This document shows positions 37,000 through 47,207 of a DNA stretch of 64,000 nucleotides, one piece after another. Location of the stretch: positions 224,001-288,000 of the forward strand of contig JBBIRS010000001.1 of the NCBI GenBank assembly GCA_037441675.1. The letters run 5' to 3'. This DNA is from Planctomycetales bacterium. Its GTDB lineage: Bacteria > 4484-113. The translations under genes and the position numbers were made by a program. Within the stretch, counting starts at the first letter, position 1, and each line of letters starts with the position of its first letter. The notes under the pieces were generated by a model that made no database searches, was not told the origin of the DNA, and saw only the letters and a list, made by a program, of their open reading frames with translations.

Positions 37000-39517
37000 C
37001 CCTTAGCCTTGATGTCTCTAACTCAACTCCATCCTCTAACACGCCTTCAATCAGAACAAGCTCCTTAACGTTTCCCGTGACTAGCAGATCAATTTTCCCT
37101 TGCTCAAGCCTATTCAGTAGAGCCCTGTCAATCTGTGATTCATTTGCGAAACCGATTATGAGTCTATCCGCAGGTTTCTTTATTGAGACTTTAAGTTCAC
37201 TTTTAGCTTTTCTAATCAGAGAAAGCGCTTCAATAATTGAATCTCCCATTTCGCTACTATCCTTATCGTAAGCACCGTTGAACTCCTCCTGAGATGGCCA
37301 AGTTGTTAGATGAATGCTAGCCTTTTCACTGAACCTGTGAAAGTACCAGTGCCAAATTTCCTCAGTTATAAACGGCAAAAACGGCGCGAATAGTCTTAGG
37401 ATGCTCTCTAGGGCTTTGAATAGCGTCAGCTTAGCAGATGTTTGGAGTTTATTTCTCTGATTTTCCGTTACCTGAAGAAGGGCATCCCCGTAAAGTCTTC
37501 CCTTTGCAATCTCTAAGAAATTATCACAAAAGTCTTGCCAGAAAAACGCCTCCACGTGTTCCAATGCTTCTGCGAATTCATACTGTTCAAAGGCTTTTGT
37601 AGCTTTATCAATTGTTTGAACCAACTTGCCAATTAACCACCTATCTAAGGGATGGTTTATTTCCTGAGACAGGTCAAGATTTCCAGGCGTGAAGTCCGCA
37701 AGGTGCAGATGTGAGAGCTTGCTGGCGTTGTAAATCTTAGTAATTAACCTTTTTCCGCTAGCAAGATTCTCCGTAGGGTCTTGCAAGTTGATGAATGTAT
37801 CTGTTCCTAGCCTTGTCTGACCTGCCCAATGACGCACAACATCAGCGGAGAACTGTTCTATTATTTGTTTAGGCTTAACAGTCTCACTCTTACTCTTACT
37901 AATTTTTGTCCTTGATGAATCAAGGGCATGTCCACTTATCATCAAATCGTACCATGGAATATCTTTATTATGGAGATAAGCTTTCACTATGGTGTAAAAA
38001 GCCCATGTTCTAATAATATCGTGGGCTTGAGGTCTTAGCGTCATTGGAAAGAGAATGTTGCTTCTGTCGTCATTTTCGCCCCATTTTGCGTTAATCTGGG
38101 GTGTAAGTGAGCTTGTCGCCCAAGTGTCAAAAACGTCCTTCTCAGGGACGAACTCATCCTTACCGCACTTTGGACACTTTTCAATTCCGGGGGAATCACG
38201 AAGGGGATTAACCGGCAGATTCTCCCCCCGTGCAGGGATAACTTCGTCACAGTGCGCACAGTACCAAATCGGGAATGGCACCCCATAGTACCTCTGCCTG
38301 CTTATGCACCAATCCCATCTTAGGTTTTCCACCCAATGTTTGTATCTAACAAACATATGCGGGGGATACCACCTACACTTCTCTCCATAGCGAACAAGCT
38401 CATCCTTCTTGTCCAAAACTTTCACGAACCACTGCTTATTCAGCAAAAATTCAAGGGGTGTTCCGCACCTTTCATGGGCTGAAATGGTGTGCGTAATCCT
38501 TTCGGTTTCAATAAGAAGCTTCTGTTCGCTTAGGGTATTTACTATCCTTTTTCTGGCATCTCTCAGAGAAAAACCTTGAAACTCGCCCGCAAGCTCATTC
38601 ATCCTGCCAAAAGTATCAACCACAATCCTTGTCTCAAGGTTATACTCCTGCCACCACTCAATGTCAACCGTGTCGCCAAAGGTGCAGCACATTACAATTC
38701 CAGTCCCCTTCTCAGGATTTACCTTGGCATCCTCCAAAACTGGCACTTTAAGCCCAAAGTACGGGGTTACCAAGTATTTGCCTTTTAGGTGCGAATATCT
38801 TTCATCGCCAGGGTGATAAAATACCGCCACACACGCGGGTAAAAGTTCCGGTCTAGTAGTTGCAATTGGGACTTTCTTGCCATCTTCAGTTAGAAAGCAG
38901 ATTTTATGGAATTCGCTAGCCTCCTCTTTATCTTCAACTTCCGCTTGAGCTATGGCAGTCCTGCATTCGGTGCACCAAAGTGTTGGCGCTTCTTTTCTAT
39001 AAACTTCTCCACTCTTTAGAAGCTCAAGAAAGCTTCTCTGGGATATTCTTCTCGACCTTTCATCAATGGTTGAATAGACCTCATTCCAATCGCAGGATAA
39101 GCCTACATCCTGCCATAGATCCTTAAAAGCTTTTTCTTGCTCTTTGCTAACCTCAAGGCAAAGTTCCCAAAAATCTTCTCGCGGCATATCCATCGCTTTA
39201 ACGCATTTGACACGCTCGACTAGCCTTTCGGTGGGCAAGCCGTTGTCATCAAACCCAAAGGGGTAGAATATTTTGAACCCTCGCATTCTCTTGTAACGCA
39301 CAATAAAGTCCTGGTGCGTATAGGAAAAGACGTGCCCAATGTGGAGGTCGCCTGAAACGGTTGGCGGTGGAGTATCAACTGAATAGATTTCTTCCCGATT
39401 GCTAGATGGCTCATAGACGTAAATATTCTTCTCCTCCCAAAATTTGCGCCACTTCCTCTCCGATGCTCCTGCATCGTAAATTTTTGGGATTTCTTGAGTT
39501 GTTTCTACCTTACTCAT
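36974..39517 (-). CDS. valS: Valine-tRNA ligase, archaeal-type (type 2)
   Basis: DTPPPTVSGDLHIGH, GFDDNGLPTERLVE, WDWCISRQRYYG, RPQAHDIIRTWAFYT, KISKSK; lacks bacterial C-terminal coiled coil; 26-bp tail-to-tail overlap with the cyclase. Confidence 0.96.
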   Translation of the reverse strand: MSKVETTQEIPKIYDAGASERKWRKFWEEKNIYVYEPSSNREEIYSVDTPPPTVSGDLHIGHVFSYTHQDFIVRYKRMRGFKIFYPFGFDDNGLPTERLVERVKCVKAMDMPREDFWELCLEVSKEQEKAFKDLWQDVGLSCDWNEVYSTIDERSRRISQRSFLELLKSGEVYRKEAPTLWCTECRTAIAQAEVEDKEEASEFHKICFLTEDGKKVPIATTRPELLPACVAVFYHPGDERYSHLKGKYLVTPYFGLKVPVLEDAKVNPEKGTGIVMCCTFGDTVDIEWWQEYNLETRIVVDTFGRMNELAGEFQGFSLRDARKRIVNTLSEQKLLIETERITHTISAHERCGTPLEFLLNKQWFVKVLDKKDELVRYGEKCRWYPPHMFVRYKHWVENLRWDWCISRQRYYGVPFPIWYCAHCDEVIPARGENLPVNPLRDSPGIEKCPKCGKDEFVPEKDVFDTWATSSLTPQINAKWGENDDRSNILFPMTLRPQAHDIIRTWAFYTIVKAYLHNKDIPWYDLMISGHALDSSRTKISKSKSETVKPKQIIEQFSADVVRHWAGQTRLGTDTFINLQDPTENLASGKRLITKIYNASKLSHLHLADFTPGNLDLSQEINHPLDRWLIGKLVQTIDKATKAFEQYEFAEALEHVEAFFWQDFCDNFLEIAKGRLYGDALLQVTENQRNKLQTSAKLTLFKALESILRLFAPFLPFITEEIWHWYFHRFSEKASIHLTTWPSQEEFNGAYDKDSSEMGDSIIEALSLIRKAKSELKVSIKKPADRLIIGFANESQIDRALLNRLEQGKIDLLVTGNVKELVLIEGVLEDGVELETSRLRARLEMEVD

Positions 39518-39734
39518 TCCGCAACATTTTTAATATGAAATATTCAGACTAGCTTTGCAAATCTTAAATTTTACCACAAGCTTTTTCGCCTTCTTCTCGG
39601 CTCAAATCTCATGCTGATATTCGGCTCCCACTGATACTTAAGCTGAAAGGTTGCAAGTCCAGCTTCTAGCATATGATATTATTTTTTTGCTTTGGTATAA
39701 TTTCCATTTAGGGCTAGTGTCGCATTCAGTGAAA

Positions 39735-40331
39735 ATGGACTCATATAACGACCTGGAAGATTGGCGCTTATTTTCAGATTTAACGCTGGAAAATCGCGCT
39801 AAGATAATACAGAAATATCAGCCGTTAGTTTTCCATATATATCACACCTTTTTCCCTAAGCGTTCCTCTGAATCCATAGATATAATCTCCGAAGGTACAC
39901 TTGGCCTAATTGAGGCGGTTGACACTTATGATATTTCCAGGGGAGCAAAGTTCAAAACCTATGCCTTCTACAAAATCAAGGGCAAGATGCTTGACTACCT
40001 AAGAGCGCGAAGGCGATTACTCGGATTCTCAATGCCAAGAGACAAAGATACCCTCCTCCGTTCTCTAAATGTTTCAAGCTCTATAGATATGAGTGAGCTA
40101 GATGCGGTTATTTTGGTGGAAACGTTATTGAACGAACTAACTCCCTCTGAGCGAAGCGTAATGGAGCTTATTTACTCGGAAGGAATTAGCCAGGAAGAGG
40201 TTGCGAAGCGACTTGGCTGTACCCCTGCCAACGTCTCTATCCTTAAAAAGCGGGCTCTCTCCCGCCTTAGAAGCAGACTGTTAGACAAACTAACCCGAAA
40301 AGAGAAAAAAGCTTACGGAGTTAGTTACTAG
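39735..40331 (+). CDS. Sigma-70 family RNA polymerase sigma factor (FliA/SigD-like region 2, compact)
   Basis: DIISEGTLGLIEAVDTYDISRGAKFKTYAFYKIKGKMLDYLR; region 4 SQEEVAKRLGCT..NVS..KKRALSRLR. Start set at ATG 39735 since TGGTATAAT lies at 39693-39701. Confidence 0.88.
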   Translation: MDSYNDLEDWRLFSDLTLENRAKIIQKYQPLVFHIYHTFFPKRSSESIDIISEGTLGLIEAVDTYDISRGAKFKTYAFYKIKGKMLDYLRARRRLLGFSMPRDKDTLLRSLNVSSSIDMSELDAVILVETLLNELTPSERSVMELIYSEGISQEEVAKRLGCTPANVSILKKRALSRLRSRLLDKLTRKEKKAYGVSY

Positions 40332-40335
40332 TGAT

Positions 40336-42714
40336 GTGAACATTCGCCTTCACAATAAAAGAATCTTAATCTGTCTATGTTTCATTCTTTTATCACTCTC
40401 TATTGACGTTCCATCCACCGCTGGCTCAACTGCTAAAATTCTAGAAAACCTACAATTTTCTGTATATACGGGCTTTTCAGGGTACGCCAATCCGCTTGCG
40501 TTTTATGCCCTTAGGCTAAGTGAAAAGAACGTTCCTACCTCAACAACCTCATTTAATGACCTTGGCTTAACCCCGCTGGTGCTATCAGTTAAAAACATAA
40601 GCAACATCAATATTCCCTTAGAAGTTGCAATTTACAATCACTCTCTGCCTTTCGGGATGAAAGAAGAAGAGGCAGTATCCTGGCTTACTAGATTTCTTCG
40701 GCTCGAAGAGAAGGGGGAGGAAGAGGCAAAGGGTAGCGCTGAGGAAGCTCTCCAGGTGGTAGAAGGAAATACTGAAAAAGGAAGAGCCGGCAGCTCCCAA
40801 AGGGAGGCTGAATCAATGCCATCTCCCAAGGGCGTGCGGGAAATTCTCGCCCACAATCGCTTTTCTCTTTCCACCCTCCATACGACCCTTGTAAGACGCG
40901 AGGGAATAGTTGCTCGCAAGAAGTCACAGGAAAATTTTTCCTTTCCGTTAAGCGTGTATGCGACTAATCCTAACCAACAAACAGTTGGCTTCACGCTGGA
41001 TATCCTCTTTGAAGGGGAGATAATCCACCGTGAAAAACTTGTGGTGAAATTGCTTGAACCAGATAGTATCTACTCTTTGCTTCTTTCAGAAGTGGATAGT
41101 AAAGAGATATTACGCTCCTCCAAGGAATTATCCCTTGCCACACCTGTGACGAAGATGCTCTATCGTCCCGTCTCAATTAAGCACGGCATAGTTACAGCTA
41201 GTTTAAGTAAGGTTGGCTCAAACCCCGATGTCTTTCGGCACTTTCAGTATGTCCTTATTGAAAATGCGTTTTGGCAAAGCCTTGAATCCGATGATAAAAG
41301 TTATTTAAGGGAAGTGGTTGCCTCAGGAGCACGTCTCGTCATCTTTAACTCACCTGAGTCGATAATCGTTGACTCAAAGCTCTTTCGGCCTTCAAAGAAG
41401 CTAAAGCTGGAGAACTTCGGGTTTGGTGGTATCTGTGTAACCCCTTTGAATCTTCAAGAGCTTCAGGAAGAGATATTGGAAGAGTTACTCAAACGTTTCA
41501 ACTTTGCGGTTAAGTTATACCAAAAGAAAGCTCAGGAAATTCCAAAAGACAGAGCGGAGTATAGGCTTGGATTGTCTTCTGACGAGATATTACTGCCGGG
41601 GGTAAATCTCGTTTCATCACTTGACCCTACATTCCTGCCTGTTCTTCTGCTATGGATCTCAAACTACCAGTTTCTTCCCGATCTTTTCCAACTTCTAGAA
41701 GCGGATAGTTTACAGTTTAAGCCAGGCAACCCGCAAGAAATATCTTCTGAGTTAGCAAGGGACAGCACCAACCTAACTATCCCTAGAATTTTCTACCGCA
41801 CCCACTATTTCCCATCCGTGAAGAGTCTTATTATCTCTGTAACTCAATTCTCCCTTCTTCTTTTTTTAATACTCTTGCTCTTACTGCTACGAGTTAGGAT
41901 GGCTCTCCTTGTGCTAATGATACTTATACTTAGCATATTTAGTATATTCGCCATAAAGCTCGGCATACGTGCGATAAGTCCTGAAAATGTGTCTGCGATT
42001 ATTCTAGAGTTTAGTCAAGGCTCAAACTTAACGAGAAAGAATGAGATTGAAAGGCTGATAACACTGTTCTCCGAGCGTAGAACCTCTATTGATGTAGAGT
42101 TAACGGGGAAGGATATTGCGCTAAAGAGCGTCACCCCAATAACAAAACAAGATTTTCAAATGGTAGTTGAACAGCAATCTCACGCCACACTTCAGGATAT
42201 AGTTCTCGAACCAGCTCTTCCCACGCAGATAGCCTATAGAACCAAAGGAGCTTCCTCCCCCGGCATCAGAATAGAAGAAGTTAACAAGCAGCTTGGGAGT
42301 TATCGTATTTCTGAAACAAGGGGCGAAGACGTTGATAGGCTCTTTATACTGCGGGGTTCTAGGCTAATTGACCTGGGTAGCTTATCGGCGGGCAAATCCC
42401 TTGAGATTCAATTCGGAAAGCGCAAATCAAATGAAACAGCTGGGGATTTAATTCTCAGCTCAGGTTCTTTGGAGTATTTGAGAGCATTTACTGATGCGGA
42501 AAAATTCAGGTATCTTCAAAGAGGTAGCTCTACCTCAGCTCTCGTTCTTACAACTCTATTATCTACCTTCACAGAAACCTTACTGCCAAAACTTTTGGCT
42601 GAAAGTGGACGAGAACTGATCATCTCTTTCCGTGTAGGAGAACTGAAGGATGAAACTTCCACTTTTGGTGCGGGGAGCGTTTTTGGAAGTGTGTCAATTT
42701 ATTTAATTGAATGA
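40336..42714 (+). CDS. Large membrane-anchored hypothetical protein
   Basis: 792-aa ORF, signal peptide, two internal TMs; 4 bp after sigma gene. Confidence 0.7.
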   Translation: MNIRLHNKRILICLCFILLSLSIDVPSTAGSTAKILENLQFSVYTGFSGYANPLAFYALRLSEKNVPTSTTSFNDLGLTPLVLSVKNISNINIPLEVAIYNHSLPFGMKEEEAVSWLTRFLRLEEKGEEEAKGSAEEALQVVEGNTEKGRAGSSQREAESMPSPKGVREILAHNRFSLSTLHTTLVRREGIVARKKSQENFSFPLSVYATNPNQQTVGFTLDILFEGEIIHREKLVVKLLEPDSIYSLLLSEVDSKEILRSSKELSLATPVTKMLYRPVSIKHGIVTASLSKVGSNPDVFRHFQYVLIENAFWQSLESDDKSYLREVVASGARLVIFNSPESIIVDSKLFRPSKKLKLENFGFGGICVTPLNLQELQEEILEELLKRFNFAVKLYQKKAQEIPKDRAEYRLGLSSDEILLPGVNLVSSLDPTFLPVLLLWISNYQFLPDLFQLLEADSLQFKPGNPQEISSELARDSTNLTIPRIFYRTHYFPSVKSLIISVTQFSLLLFLILLLLLLRVRMALLVLMILILSIFSIFAIKLGIRAISPENVSAIILEFSQGSNLTRKNEIERLITLFSERRTSIDVELTGKDIALKSVTPITKQDFQMVVEQQSHATLQDIVLEPALPTQIAYRTKGASSPGIRIEEVNKQLGSYRISETRGEDVDRLFILRGSRLIDLGSLSAGKSLEIQFGKRKSNETAGDLILSSGSLEYLRAFTDAEKFRYLQRGSSTSALVLTTLLSTFTETLLPKLLAESGRELIISFRVGELKDETSTFGAGSVFGSVSIYLIE

Positions 42715-44450
42715 ACATTATAACGGAAAAGCTAGGCAGAGGCAAGAAACAAGTGCAAGGTTACGAGCTAACCTCTGCGCACGATAGATTTTCCTCAGAG
42801 CTTTTCCAAGATTTTTTTCTTAAGGCGCGTGGATTTTTTGCTGGTTTGTTCCTTGCAACCCTTATCTTCGCGATTTTCTTTAGAATTCTCTTTAACTACT
42901 ACGACCAGTTATTCATCCCGCTGGAGAATCTCTTGCATTTGGTTCTATTTATTCTTCTTCTGTATTTCCTTCCAGTTATCTACTCTATATTTTATGGTCA
43001 AGGCAATCAAAGCTTTAGCCAGAAAGGTTTTGTCAACATTGTTTCCACCGCAGTTCGTATTTTCCGTAATATCCTCAAGCTAGCCTTTCTAGCTACCATC
43101 TCCTTAACCCCGATTACGTTAATGCTTCCGGCAGATTTCATTTCCTGGTTTAGGTTGAATCCCGAGTTGCAGACTATTTGGATTTTATGGGTGGTCGGCT
43201 TTCTTTCAGTCTTCTTTACCTATCTCGTTTTCGTGTTGGCTCTTGGTTTCTTCGTTTTATCTAGCTTAAGAATCACTTGGATTTATCGCCTCATTGCGAT
43301 TTTCTTCATCATTTCAGGTTTGCGTTTAGGTTCATTTAGAGTAGGAGGGGATCTCTGGGCAATTCTTAGGTGGTTGGGCGTTCCCTTCTTTGAAAGCTTC
43401 CGTCTAAGGAATCTTTACCTTATAAGCCTATCCGGTGCTATTCAAGATTTCTTCTACTATCTAAGTAGCCCTCCATTCCTCTTCTTCTTGGATTTCTTAT
43501 CAAATTTCACCTCTACTTTGTTGCTTATCTTCGTGTTGCGTAAATTGTTATTCTCCTCATCTCTGGCTCTTGGGTTATGCTTTCTATCGGTTTTAATCTT
43601 TAATGCTTTTCGTTTGCTCCGCCCCTCTCTTCGCAGATTATCCTCATTTTCCCCAATTCTTACCAGTTCTCATTACCTTTTCATCCAAATTATTTTCTGT
43701 CTCTTTGTACTATTCTCAGTTACTATCTTTATCCTTCGCTACGGCTCATTTCTCACGATGGAAGTTTCAAAGGATCCCTTCCTAGTGAGGAACTTTCCCC
43801 AAGCGGTGCTATTGTTTTCCACAGTGATTTTAATGCTCTATTTGACGATTATATCCGCTGTTTCCAAGCTCAAGAGTTTTAACGCCGAACTTGCGAGTTT
43901 GGCGAGATGTCACTGGTTTCGCATAGTTTACACATTCACCTTTCAAGTGAACTTAATTTTTTTAATCGTATCAAGTTATTTTTCTTTCATTTTAGGTGAA
44001 GTTTTTGGCTCAGATACTTCCGTGTACGCTACCTTAACGTTTCTTCTCATCCTCTTCACAATTTCTTTCCCCCTTTTGGCTTCTCTTCTTGTTCTCGGCT
44101 TATCGTTTCCTGTAATCAATAAGTATCGGTTTCTTCTGGCAGGTTTTTCCTTTGGATTGCTGGCGGAGTTTCTATTATTCGTTTTTCTTCTTCCAAGTGA
44201 AGGTGCGATACTCCTTGGAGGCAGAATTGATCCTTCAGATGTTAAAGCTCTTGTGAGAGTTTATTCAGACTTAAGACTTCTAGAATATTTCGGCTATCTT
44301 GGCAATTTCAAAGGAATAAGTTCATTCTTTGACTTTGCTTTTAAGGAGCCCTCGGGGTTAATTCCAGCTATCTTAGTGCTAGGCTCAATCCTTCTCATAC
44401 CCTTACTTCTCACTCTCTTCTTTTACCGTCTTGCAAAGAAGCTTGCCTAG
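42711..44450 (+). CDS. Polytopic membrane protein (possibly ABC-permease-like)
   Basis: 579 aa, many Leu/Phe-rich TM segments; ATGA overlap with upstream gene. Confidence 0.65.
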   Translation: MNIITEKLGRGKKQVQGYELTSAHDRFSSELFQDFFLKARGFFAGLFLATLIFAIFFRILFNYYDQLFIPLENLLHLVLFILLLYFLPVIYSIFYGQGNQSFSQKGFVNIVSTAVRIFRNILKLAFLATISLTPITLMLPADFISWFRLNPELQTIWILWVVGFLSVFFTYLVFVLALGFFVLSSLRITWIYRLIAIFFIISGLRLGSFRVGGDLWAILRWLGVPFFESFRLRNLYLISLSGAIQDFFYYLSSPPFLFFLDFLSNFTSTLLLIFVLRKLLFSSSLALGLCFLSVLIFNAFRLLRPSLRRLSSFSPILTSSHYLFIQIIFCLFVLFSVTIFILRYGSFLTMEVSKDPFLVRNFPQAVLLFSTVILMLYLTIISAVSKLKSFNAELASLARCHWFRIVYTFTFQVNLIFLIVSSYFSFILGEVFGSDTSVYATLTFLLILFTISFPLLASLLVLGLSFPVINKYRFLLAGFSFGLLAEFLLFVFLLPSEGAILLGGRIDPSDVKALVRVYSDLRLLEYFGYLGNFKGISSFFDFAFKEPSGLIPAILVLGSILLIPLLLTLFFYRLAKKLA

Positions 44451-44559
44451 AAAAGAAGGCTTTCCACTGGAATTTAGAATTGCTGAAAGATACTCGGTAT
44501 TGCAGAGATGGATATTACCGCTCGGCTTAATTAAGGCTTTCCTCCTTTACTAAACATTC

Positions 44560-45075
44560 TTATTTCGCTTTCTTCGGAAAGAGTTTCGATGCATAGCTTT
44601 CAAGCTCCTTCAGGGTCATACTGCCTAAAACTATATCAATCACTTTTCCATCTGGTGCAACAATAAATGTGGTAGGAACTCCTTTTAGACGCCATTTCTT
44701 ATAGAGCTTATCATCAAGTGCGTGTATCCAAGGCATTTTCTCTTTTTCCCAAACATCTTTAATGTCTTCAATCTTGTCCCTATATGCGATGCTAATCATA
44801 ACAAGCCCGTTGTTCTTGTTCTTCTCATAAAATGATCTAAAGTCGGGAACCTCCCGAAGACAAGCGCCTCACCAGCTCGCCCAGAAATTGATAATTAGCG
44901 GTTTCTTCCCCACGTAGTTCCCGCTATCAAGCTCCTTCCCGTCAATAGTCGTAAGTTTGAAGCTCGGCATAGTTTTACCAACTTGTGGTTGTTCCAGAGA
45001 GCTGGCGATGTTGCTCGCAATTAAAATCAAAATAAAACCGATAACAAATCCTAATGCAATTTCAAGCTTGCGCAT
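44560..45075 (-). CDS. Selenocysteine-containing TlpA/ResA-like thiol-disulfide oxidoreductase (UxxC), 171 aa
   Basis: Track ORFs 44869-45075 and 44560-44799 are one frame joined through TGA at 44869-44871: INFWASW-U-GAC-LREVPDFRSFYEK...GVPTTFIV; aligns with WCPPC of adjacent paralogue. Confidence 0.9.
44843..44857 (-). promoter_or_regulatory. Bacterial SECIS-like hairpin
   Basis: UCGGGA-GGU-UCCCGA perfect 6-bp stem with G-first loop, beginning 11 nt after the in-frame UGA. Confidence 0.78.
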
Positions 45076-45110
45076 AGTTATCCCCTCCAGTTTAATTTAC
45101 AATCGCACTT

Positions 45111-45644
45111 CTACTGACTTTTACTATTCTTCGGGAATAGAGATTTCTCGTATTCCGTCAGCTCATCCAAAGTAAGCGCGCCCACCTTAACCTCAATCAC
45201 ATTGCCATTTTTATCCACAAATACGTTTGTAGGGACACCTCGGTAACCCCACTTCTTGAAGAGTCCATCATCATCAAGAGCGTGAATCCATGGCATTGGC
45301 TCTTTCTTCATAAATGCCTTCATATCATCAAGATTATCGTTCACCGCAAGACTAATAATTACTAGCCCATTTTTCTTGTGGCTTTCATAGAACTTTCTGA
45401 GTTCTGGCACTTCTCTTCTGCAAGGTGGACACCAACTACCCCAGAAATTCACTATTAACGGATTCTTGCCAAGGTATTCATCAATCTTCACCGTCTTGCC
45501 TTCAATAGTCTTGAAGGTAAAGCTCGGTAACTTCTTTCCGGTCTCGGGACGCTTAACCTCCTCCTTCCCGGAAGTAGTTAATGATAAAGCTAGTAAACCA
45601 ATAAACACTGGGAAAATTGCCAATAGCAGAGCTTTCTTCATCAT
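45111..45644 (-). CDS. TlpA/ResA-like thiol-disulfide oxidoreductase (CPPC)
   Basis: N-terminal anchor; VNFWGSWCPPCRREVP; GVPTNVFVDKNG. Confidence 0.93.
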   Translation of the reverse strand: MMKKALLLAIFPVFIGLLALSLTTSGKEEVKRPETGKKLPSFTFKTIEGKTVKIDEYLGKNPLIVNFWGSWCPPCRREVPELRKFYESHKKNGLVIISLAVNDNLDDMKAFMKKEPMPWIHALDDDGLFKKWGYRGVPTNVFVDKNGNVIEVKVGALTLDELTEYEKSLFPKNSKSQ

Positions 45645-45731
45645 TTACTCCTGAAATTACTCTATAAGTAATTTTACCTCAAAAACTTGAGATTTTGTCT
45701 TGCTAGCGTGTTGTTTTTTCCTGTTCTGCTT

Positions 45732-46124
45732 CTAAAAATCATCAAGGGAGAACCTTTGCTCCGCCAGCGATGGGTCAACCTCAATTTCGTTTAGCACGTC
45801 CCGGACGTCCTTCGTGTTTCTAGCGATTTCTTCCGCCCTTTTCTTAAGCTGCTCACTTGGTACTTTCCCGCGAATAATCGCTCTAGCATTAACCACCTCA
45901 ACTTCAAGCTTGTTCTGTGCGAGTTCAGGATCGCTTTTCCAGGAAATGGCGATAGCCGCCATAATTGCCAGGTCTCGGGCTTTTAACTCCTCCTCAAGTC
46001 CCGGAACTTGTGCTTTTTTACTGACCGCTCGCTCGCTCTCCGGCGTGAGTTTACAAGAATATGCAAGAAATCCACTCATCAATGTAATCACCGCAATTAG
46101 TCCAAACCTTAAATATCTTTTCAT
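45732..46124 (-). CDS. BON-domain lipoprotein
   Basis: Lipobox-like LAYS-C; LEVEVVNARAIIRGKVPSEQLKKRAEEIARNTKDVRDVLNEIEV. Confidence 0.88.
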   Translation of the reverse strand: MKRYLRFGLIAVITLMSGFLAYSCKLTPESERAVSKKAQVPGLEEELKARDLAIMAAIAISWKSDPELAQNKLEVEVVNARAIIRGKVPSEQLKKRAEEIARNTKDVRDVLNEIEVDPSLAEQRFSLDDF

Positions 46125-46128
46125 TTCC

Positions 46129-47151
46129 TTACACTCCTAAGCAAGATGAAAGAAAACTATCAAGCTGTTCAAAATTAGTGCTCCCTTTCATCACTACCTT
46201 GCCCTGTGGGAAGATAGTGTATTCCACGCCATTTTCACCGGTTGCCCTTATGAAGAATGGATTTTTTTGCACGCTGAATCCGTTTTTCTTAAGAACCTTC
46301 TCTATTCTATCAATCTCAATTTTAGAATCCCTTATAACCACTTGAAGAGCGTCCGCTCCGCAGATGTTTTCCACGCTGGGAGAGTATCCTCCTGACAAGA
46401 ACTTAAATTCAGCCATAGCGCATACAGGGCAGTCTAAATTCCTCTCAGGAGCTGGAATGATGTCGACTTTAAGGTTTTCCGCGTTTAGGCGATAGAGTTG
46501 TACCTGGAAGTTTTCAATGTCTGCCACTAACCTTACTGCGATATCAACCTCAACCGCTGCTATCATCTGTACAATTGCAGGATCCATCCCAACCTCAGAG
46601 CAGGAAGGCGCTTCTCCCACTTGAGGGATAATCGGGATAAGGCATCTCAAGCAAGGTCCTTGAGCTGGGATAATCGGCATCACCACGCCATTCTCACCAG
46701 CTGTTCCAGCATAAATGTAAGCTTTTCGCAATTTGACCGCTACTTCATTAACCAGAAATCGGGTTCTGAAGTTATCCAAGCCATCAAGAATAATATCCAC
46801 CCCCCCAAGTATCTCCTCCGCATTTTTTTCAGATAACGCTTGAGTGTGGACTGTTACCCTAATTTTGGAATTTTGCTTTGTAATAGCATCAGCTACCGCC
46901 TCTGCCTTGAAGGTCTGTGTTCGAAGCATATCTTCGGTAAAGTTAGATGATGTTCCGAGATTCTCAACGGTTACAATGTCCCTGTCGATTAGGATAAGTT
47001 TCCCAAATCCAATAGCGCCAGCCAATCTCGCCACAGAGCTACCCAGTGCGCCCACACCGATAACTGCGCAAGTAGTTTCACTCAACATGGCGCGAACTTG
47101 TGAGCTATACTTTCGCAACGGGTCAAGCCTAACATAACGCGCCTTTTCCAT
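46129..47151 (-). CDS. ThiF/MoeB-family adenylyltransferase
   Basis: GVGALGS, DRD, DGLDNFRTR, PCLRC and DCPVC zinc motifs, Firmicutes-MoeB-like C-terminal extension. Confidence 0.88.
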   Translation of the reverse strand: MEKARYVRLDPLRKYSSQVRAMLSETTCAVIGVGALGSSVARLAGAIGFGKLILIDRDIVTVENLGTSSNFTEDMLRTQTFKAEAVADAITKQNSKIRVTVHTQALSEKNAEEILGGVDIILDGLDNFRTRFLVNEVAVKLRKAYIYAGTAGENGVVMPIIPAQGPCLRCLIPIIPQVGEAPSCSEVGMDPAIVQMIAAVEVDIAVRLVADIENFQVQLYRLNAENLKVDIIPAPERNLDCPVCAMAEFKFLSGGYSPSVENICGADALQVVIRDSKIEIDRIEKVLKKNGFSVQKNPFFIRATGENGVEYTIFPQGKVVMKGSTNFEQLDSFLSSCLGV

Positions 47152-47207
47152 CTCATCAAATGATAACTCAAGTCCTTATCTGGTTGGGTTTTTGTATTAC
47201 GCTGTTT

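Noticed and set aside
39651..39734. TTG-initiated N-terminal extension of the sigma factor
   Set aside because: Spans a clear extended -10 box; ATG 39735 is more plausible
44560..45075. Pseudogene or two small ORFs (68 and 79 aa)
   Set aside because: The stop is a UGA exactly at the catalytic Cys position, followed by a SECIS-like hairpin, and the frame is otherwise intact; Sec recoding fits better
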